Source of the DNA: Vitrella brassicaformis CCMP3155
Taxonomy: Eukaryota; Protista; Chromerida
Length of the DNA: 5,027 nucleotides
Assembly (NCBI GenBank): GCA_001179505.1
Contig: CDMY01001053.1
Coordinates: 1 to 5,027, forward strand
Direction of reading: 5' to 3'
Shown here: positions 1 to 5,027 of the stretch, one piece after another
Position numbering within the stretch: position 1 is the first letter of the stretch
Layout: each line of letters starts with the position of its first letter
The notes under the pieces: model-generated
Seen by the model: only the letters and a program-made list of their open reading frames with translations
Databases searched by the model: none
What the model was told of the DNA's origin: nothing
Position numbers and translations under genes: made by a program

Positions 1-53
1 ACCCCGTAAGCCACACACTCACACACCAACCGGGACACACACATACACACCCC

Positions 54-86
<33 letters not shown>

Positions 87-428
87 GACCTGTGCGGGCC
101 GTATATCAAGGAGGAAATGTTGCCGACTGTAAGCAGCCAACACACCCCACCCCACCACACACGTGTGCACCGCAGATGTGTGTTTGTGTGTCCATGTCTG
201 TCTGCAGATGGGGGCCCATCGGAATGAGCGTGGCAAACAAATAAAGAACATGAGAGACAAACTCAACGTACGCAACGCCCGTGATCAGTGGACAAATGTG
301 TTTATGGCTATCTATCTGTGTGTGTGTGATGTGTTCAGAAGAAATCTGACTTCGTGGCTCTGGTTGGCAAGCTCGAGGCGCCCCCGAAGCGCTGGCTCGT
401 GCCGCGCGCCGGAGCAGCCGTCTGCTGA
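1..428 (+). CDS. 3' part of an unidentified multi-exon gene (gene 1); 5' end lies outside the window
   Basis: join(<1..5,87..128,208..267,339..428). Introns 6-86 (GTAAGC..TAG), 129-207 (GTAAGC..CAG) and 268-338 (GTACGC..CAG) are all phase 0. They give (P)DLCGPYIKEEMLPT|MGAHRNERGKQIKNMRDKLN|KKSDFVALVGKLEAPPKRWLVPRAGAAVC* with TGA at 426-428. No family recognised. The last exon could instead splice at a weak donor at 399 or 420 and continue to 481. Confidence 0.65.
56..84. repeat. (TG)14 microsatellite directly before a 3' splice site
   Basis: Read directly; the acceptor AG is at 85-86. Confidence 0.95.
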
Positions 429-431
429 GCA

Positions 432-591
432 CACACTACCTCTGACAGCCTAGTTAGCCCATTGCTGCTCTGTTCTTCAGCCGCTCCATGAGTTAGCTTT
501 AGGAAAGGGGCAGTGATGGGATAACTGACGACTGCTGGCAGGGGGGTGTATGTGCACATGGGGGGTCAAGTGGCTGGCTGTGTGGGAGTGT
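432..591. repeat. 160-bp direct repeat, copy 1
   Basis: Ungapped match to 946-1105 at offset 514. Only two differences: C532/G1046 and G544/C1058. Confidence 0.97.
439..544 (+). other. Long imperfect inverted repeat / predicted RNA hairpin (copy 1)
   Basis: Paired by hand. 451-480 pairs ungapped with 527-498 (20 Watson-Crick, 7 G-U, 3 mismatches). An outer helix pairs 439-449 with 544-534 (10 of 11 paired). The loop is 481-497. Function unknown. Confidence 0.7.
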
Positions 592-604
592 TTGTCGTGA
601 CAGA

Positions 605-623
605 CTGTCTGTCTGTCTGTCTG
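605..623. repeat. (CTGT)4 microsatellite
   Basis: Read directly. Confidence 0.85.
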
Positions 624-773
624 ATGGCCGGTTGGTATGCATACAGACAGACAGTGAGTGATATCAATGAGTGAATGGGATCACTCACCCACTCACAGCC
701 ATGGTCGGGTGAGGTGAGCTGAGGGGCTGCGTGATGGATTGCTGTGCACGGCCAAGCGAATGGATTCTATGCT

Positions 774-814
774 GGACGGACGGACGGGTGGATGGATGGA
801 TGGACGGACGGATG
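774..814. repeat. Mixed (GGAC)/(GGAT) tetranucleotide repeat
   Basis: Read directly; imperfect. Confidence 0.8.
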
Positions 815-945
815 ATCTGACTGTTTGTGTTGTCGGGGTGTCCTCCTCCTCATAGGAAGAGCTGTACAGTGTCCATGAGAGTGGATGTGGTGATGTTTTT
901 TGTTTCCCTCTCGCACTTCAGTTCACGTCACCCCACACACCACAC

Positions 946-1105
946 CACACTACCTCTGACAGCCTAGTTAGCCCATTGCTGCTCTGTTCTTCAGCCGCTC
1001 CATGAGTTAGCTTTAGGAAAGGGGCAGTGATGGGATAACTGACGAGTGCTGGCAGGGCGGTGTATGTGCACATGGGGGGTCAAGTGGCTGGCTGTGTGGG
1101 AGTGT
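946..1105. repeat. 160-bp direct repeat, copy 2
   Basis: Ungapped match to 432-591, 158/160 identical. Confidence 0.97.
954..1057 (+). other. Long imperfect inverted repeat / predicted RNA hairpin (copy 2)
   Basis: Same sequence as copy 1: 965-994 pairs with 1041-1012, and outer helix 954-963 pairs with 1057-1048. Confidence 0.7.
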
Positions 1106-1313
1106 CCTGTCGATGCTGGCTGCGTGTGCGTGGGTCGATGGCATGGATGGATGGATGGACACAATGCATACATACATACGTGTGACGTGTGTGTGACGTG
1201 AATGGACACCAAAATCACGGGCACGCAGTGCGCTGGAGGCTGACTGGATGACCATACGCAGTGCGGAACCTCTCGGCGATCCTCTCCGCAAGTTCGCAGA
1301 CGCCTCCATGTAA
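995..1313 (+). CDS. Possible alternative terminal exons of gene 1 (speculative)
   Basis: Good acceptor (CTCTGTTCTTCAG|995). Exon 995-1026 PLHELALGKG(H), phase-2 donor GTGATG at 1027, acceptor GCACGCAG|1229, then ALEADWMTIRSAEPLGDPLRKFADASM* (TAA 1311-1313). The phases are compatible, but the exon is short and lies inside the hairpin. Confidence 0.25.
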
Positions 1314-1343
1314 ATGTGACGTCTCGCGAATGCTCGTTTGGAG

Positions 1344-4015
1344 ATGACGCAGAGGCTGCCTCCGCCGCCGCCTTGGCGGCCGGATGGCATCCCAGGCATC
1401 CCGCCAGGGGTGCTTCCACCATACGAGAAGATGAAGGCATGCCGAAATCACTCCCATGACAAAGACCAGCAAGGTGGGCACGCACACACGGGGTGGGGTG
1501 GGTGCAGTGAAGTGCATGGAGTGTCCACTCCGTCTGTGTCAGCGTCTGCTCGCCCTCTGCCGGTTCCGATGGCTGCGTACGGACCCCCTCCAGGCCTAGT
1601 TGCTCCAGGTGAGAAGAATGGATGGATGGACAGCGAGATCTGTCTGCCACATGGCGTTGATATGGGCTGCAGGCATGCAACCTACGTTGCCGTTTGTGTG
1701 GTCGACGTACGGCGTAGCTCCTCATGCGCATCATGGGCCCGTTGCATCCGCGATAGCTGGTCAGACGGCGCCCCATGTGGCTGTTGGCGGCCAGGGTGAC
1801 GCTCTCACTGGCCCTTCTCCGCGGCCCGTGCTGGCAAGATCGCACTCGGTGCGTACGCCAAGGGATGGAGAGCTTGGCTGAACGGGTGGTTGCTTCTGTG
1901 TGTGTGTGTGTGTTGGGGGCATGCAGGGCGCTGGTGGTGGCGGCTTGAAGCAGCTGGTGGACGCTGCAACACTTACAGACCCTATCCACCCTTACGCACA
2001 GGTAAGTACACCCACACGCCACACAACGCATCAGACACATGGATGGCATGTCGCTTGTGTGTGTGAGATGGCATCAGATGGCCATGGCTCCGCATGATGC
2101 CCAGTGGGTCGGCATCAAAACCGAGAAGGGGCAGGTGGTCGACCAGCCGCCCGCTGCAGCTGCAGCAGCAGGAGCGAGCGATGTCAAAATCGAGGTCAAG
2201 GTCAAAATCGAGGAGGAGGACGTAAGCACCCACGCACATAGACGACCATTCTGGACACACACGTCCGCTCATGTCTGTTTCTTGATGCAGGGATATGCAT
2301 ATGGTCAGGAGGGAGAAGAGGAGGAAGACGAAGAAGTAGTGGGAGAGGACGGAGAGGGAGAAGCAGGGGAGGGAAACGGGGAGATACAGGGGTATGGTGG
2401 TGGTGCGGGTAGCGTTGACGATGATTCAGTTGAAGAATTTGGTGTTGAAGACTTGGCACAGGTCCGTCCCTCCAATACGCATATATACGTATTTGCTGTG
2501 TCTCATCACGTTGGCGCCAAGTCCGCTGTGTATTCATTAATATATTGTGTGTGTGCAGGAGGGTGCTGATGATGGTCACGTCGAGGGTGGCACAGACCCG
2601 GTCAAGCTCGGCAGAGACCCCCAGCTACACTTGCACTACATCGACGCCCAGGGGCACAAAGCCAAGCCACGGCGTGAGTGAGACTCTCATTGGCTGCACT
2701 CACTACATGTCGACCTATCCATCCATTCATTCGTGGGCTCTCCTCTCCTCTCCTCTCCTTCTTTCAGGGTCGAACAATCCCCCGCCCGGCCGAGTGCACG
2801 AGCGTCTGTTTCGACTGCTGTCGTACTACATGAACGGCAGACACCCAGAGGTCGGCCCACATCCAACACATCACATCACATCACATGTGTGTGTGTGTGT
2901 GTGGATGCATGTGTGAATGCAGTATTGGGTCCATAGGTTGGGTGACGGTCAGGATCGTCTCTTTCCATTCAAGTGTCGTGGCGACTCGAAGCTGCAGGTG
3001 CCCAGCCCGCCCTCCCCCGGGACGGTCTGGCTCCATGTCGATGACACCATGTGAGGGAGTCAGTGAGTCAGTGGCGGCATGCGCGTATACGTATGTTGTC
3101 CATGTCTCTCTCTCCCTCTCTGTGTATGTGTAGGTGGCGGCACGGCAGACCACAGGCGGTGTGGGGTGGCCAACAGGGCAGCCCAGACATCCATGTAGAC
3201 GTGACGGCGTTCTTCGGGAAGCTGTTCTTCGGCAGCACGGAGAGCGCGGTATCCAACAACGACACAGACACCCACAGACAGAGACACACCATCCGTCCGT
3301 CCGTCCGTCCCCTTTATTGTTTGGCTGTCCGTATGTGCGCACACAGGTGTTTTCGTTCCCCTTTGGCCATTCCGAAAGTGTGAGCGAGGTGACCACGAAT
3401 CACCTCAACCACCACCTCGACCGCATCAAGGCCGGCCTCGAGCAGCTCAGCACTCAAATCCTCACGCCGTGTTTCATGTGAGCACACCGTCAATGCGCAC
3501 GCACATACACACACATGTAATGTCACCCCTGTGCGTGTTGCGTGTGTGCACAGGTGGTTCGTAGCAGAGCCTGACGTCGCGCAAGAACTCCCCGACGCGG
3601 AGAAGCCGCATCGCCTGCTGGCGAACATCCACCACTCGGCATCCAGCTCATCTTCAGCATCGGCGTCTGCGGCAGAACTACCGCCGGCGTCGAGTGTCGC
3701 TCACATAGTATGTGCGCACCTCTACACAATTGATTGACATGAATGGATGGATGGATGGATGGATGGGTGCACAGAACAGACGTATGTGGGTATGAATGAA
3801 TGCAGGTGAGCGTGTTTGAGACCTTCTTCGCCACTGAGGTGCTGCAGCAGCAGCCGCCCCCGTCCGAGTCCCAGGACGGCAGGAAGCTCGACAGGAAGCT
3901 GCTCACGGGCCTGCATCAGACGCGCAAGAGGAACAAAGCGACCGCTCTGAGGAGGAAGCGCCAGAAGCAGCAGGCAGGGGGAGGGGGAGGGGGCGGCCAC
4001 CACGGACAGCGCCAA
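1344..4015 (+). CDS. 13-exon hypothetical protein (gene 2), at least 566 aa. Pro-rich N-terminus, acidic linker, unrecognised globular core, basic NLS-like C-terminus; probably nuclear
   Basis: join(1344..1473,1543..1608,1673..1848,1927..2001,2078..2221,2291..2461,2559..2673,2768..2850,2923..3050,3134..3248,3347..3477,3554..3707,3806..4015) = 1698 nt with no internal stop. All 12 introns are GT-AG, 64-98 nt, with matching phases (1,1,0,0,0,0,1,0,2,0,2,0). Core: ...RDPQLHLHYIDAQGHKAKPRRSNNPPPGRVHERLFRLLSYYMNGRHPEYWVHRLGDGQDRLFPFKCRGDSKLQVPSPPSPGTVWLHVDDTMWRHGRPQAVWGGQQGSPDIHVDVTAFFGKLFFGSTESAVFSFPFGHSESVSEVTTNHLNHHLDRIKAGLEQLSTQILTPCFMWFVAEP... The start codon and exons 1-3 are less certain than exons 4-13, and the stop codon is unresolved. 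Confidence 0.85.
1897..1913. repeat. (TG)8 intronic microsatellite
   Basis: Read directly; in the 3' half of intron 1849-1926. Confidence 0.9.
2886..2903. repeat. (TG)9 intronic microsatellite preceded by (CACAT)n
   Basis: Read directly; within intron 2851-2922. Confidence 0.9.
3743..3766. repeat. (ATGG)6 intronic microsatellite
   Basis: Read directly; within intron 3708-3805. Confidence 0.9.
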
Positions 4016-4093
4016 GTGAGGGCACGCACAGACGGACGGACGGCTACCGAATGGATAGAAGAGAGGGAGGGAGGCGGGACAGAATTTGAATAA
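4016..4093 (+). CDS. Possible unspliced C-terminal extension of gene 2 to TAA 4091-4093
   Basis: The frame stays open (VRARTDGRTATEWIEEREGGGTEFE*). However, 4016 is a good donor (GTGAGG) and the following DNA has intron-like GACG/GA repeats, so a further spliced exon is at least as likely. Confidence 0.3.
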   Translation: MRARTDGRTATEWIEEREGGGTEFE

Positions 4094-4540
4094 ATGCATA
4101 TATGGGCGAGATAGGAGGGGGAATTGAGGAGAGGGAGGGAGGGAGAGACACACATCAATCACATGTTCGTATATTAATAGGTGGTGGATGCATGGATGGA
4201 TGGATGGACCCTGATTGATGCATGTGAACGTGTGTGTGCGTGAATGAATCGGTTGAGCGCCTGTCGTTGGTTGTTCAAGAATTTCAAGAATACGTACGGA
4301 GAATGAGTGGATCTACATGTACACACGCACACGTGTGAAAGAAAGCCTTTCTGTGTGGATGCATGGATATGTGTGTGATGTGTGCGTGGCTGTATGGATC
4401 CACCAATACTCTCAAATGGTGAATGAGTCCACTCATGAATGAGAATATTTTCAATCATTCAGAACAAACAATTGTCATCCACACCTCACCGAAAAGGTCA
4501 GCTCCCCCCGCCTCCCTCCCCCCACCCCACACACACTCAC

Positions 4541-5027
4541 TCACTCGGTGCCTAGCGCCACGAACAGCCGTGTGGTCTCGTCGATGTGACCCAGCTGCCG
4601 CCATTCGAACACGCAGTCGTCAGCCAGGTGGAGCCCTTGACCACACCCGTCGTCACACCATTGCTGGCCGCCTCGCCCAGCCGGGCTTTGTGGACCACCT
4701 CACGCACGCCCAGCAGCCGATGCTGCCCACCCTGCTGACCCCTGACGGCGAAGCACCGCAGCGGCACACGCACCATGACGCCGCCCACGTTGGCCATGTC
4801 GCCGATGACCTCCCTGTTGCTGGGTGTCCGTGTGGCGGCCGAAATGACGAAGTGCGCCACGGCCGCCTTGACGCGGCGCCTCAGCGTCGAGTCGCCGATG
4901 AGATACTCGTCGATGGCCGCTGCTGCAGCGGATGGCTCGTGCAGGAAGGCGCCGATCTTCCAGCCGATGGCCTCTGCCTCGTGTGGTCCGAATGAGAGGG
5001 GGGAGGGGGCGGGGTCTCTGCCGTCGT
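4541..5027 (-). pseudogene. 3' end of a frameshifted member of a multi-copy Vitrella-type protein family (often ankyrin-associated, from recall); 5' end outside the window
   Basis: An open frame from 5025 reads DGRDPAPSPLSFGPHEAEAIGWKIGAFLHEPSAAAAAIDEYLIGDSTLRRRVKAAVAHFVISAATRTPSNREVIGDMANVGGVMVRVPLRCFAVRGQQGGQHRLLGVREVVHKARLGEAASNGVTTGVVKG. After 2 leftover nt (4632-4631) a second frame reads HLADDCVFEWRQLGHIDETTRLFVALGTE* (TGA 4543-4541). Both parts resemble my recollection of the C-terminal domain of an expanded Vitrella family; not verified by search. An assembly indel is also possible. Confidence 0.7.

Noticed and set aside
513-528. C-box-like GTGATGG followed by CTGA (box C/D snoRNA)
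   Set aside because: The boxes are only 5 nt apart, and no distal D box is shared by both copies.
423-529. Selenoprotein hypothesis: Cys-TGA (423-428) followed 60 nt later by ATGA-N12-AA-N21-GA (488-528), the SECIS primary pattern
   Set aside because: In the SECIS register the upper helix pairs poorly (mismatch at once at U493/C525, only about 6-7 interrupted pairs). The competing 451-527 hairpin is far better, and gene 1 does not resemble a selenoprotein I know. SECISearch3 would settle it.
437-540. - strand exon reading VVSYPITAPFLKLTHGAAEEQSSNGLTRLSE in both repeat copies
   Set aside because: Splice-like ends exist, but I could not build a consistent - strand gene through both copies. 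Copy 1 would also run antisense into gene 1.
432-1105. Repeat pair as LTRs or a CRISPR-like array
   Set aside because: There are no TG..CA termini, target-site duplication, primer-binding site or internal coding sequence. It has only two long copies, in eukaryotic DNA.
991-2049. 352-aa - strand ORF, the longest in the track
   Set aside because: It is antisense to five phase-consistent + strand exons and full of HTHT/HPSI repeat-derived peptides, so it is a shadow ORF.
3134-3481. ORF-track frame AARQTTGGVGWPTG.. for exon 10, using a donor at 2998
   Set aside because: The donor at 3051 (phase 2) gives the ordered WRHGRPQ..DVTAFFGKLFFG frame, which joins exon 11 correctly through the 3249 donor.
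4274-4291. TTCAAGAAT x2 resembling a heat-shock element
   Set aside because: The GAA-TTC spacing is 1 nt rather than 2, and it lies between converging 3' ends rather than in a promoter.
4423-4995. 190-aa + strand ORF
   Set aside because: It is antisense to the better-supported - strand family gene and starts in repeat-derived sequence.

Overview
Intron-rich eukaryotic genomic DNA. The style (GC-rich exons; 60-100 nt GT-AG introns full of CA, TG and GGAT repeats) and the right-hand gene family suggest the chromerid Vitrella brassicaformis; this is an inference from recall, not a search. Most ORFs in the supplied track are artefacts of reading through introns or of antisense shadows. Manual splicing gives four elements. 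(1) The 3' part of an unidentified + strand gene (exons 87-128, 208-267, 339-~428). (2) A 160-bp segment present twice, 514 bp apart (432-591 and 946-1105, 158/160 identical), whose core folds into a long + strand hairpin. (3) A 13-exon + strand gene (1344-4015, 566 codons, all phases consistent) encoding an unrecognised, probably nuclear protein. (4) A convergent, intron-free - strand gene end (4541-5027) with a frameshift near its C-terminus. The most interesting signals are the duplicated fold-back element and the CA-at-5'/TG-at-3' self-complementary intron architecture.
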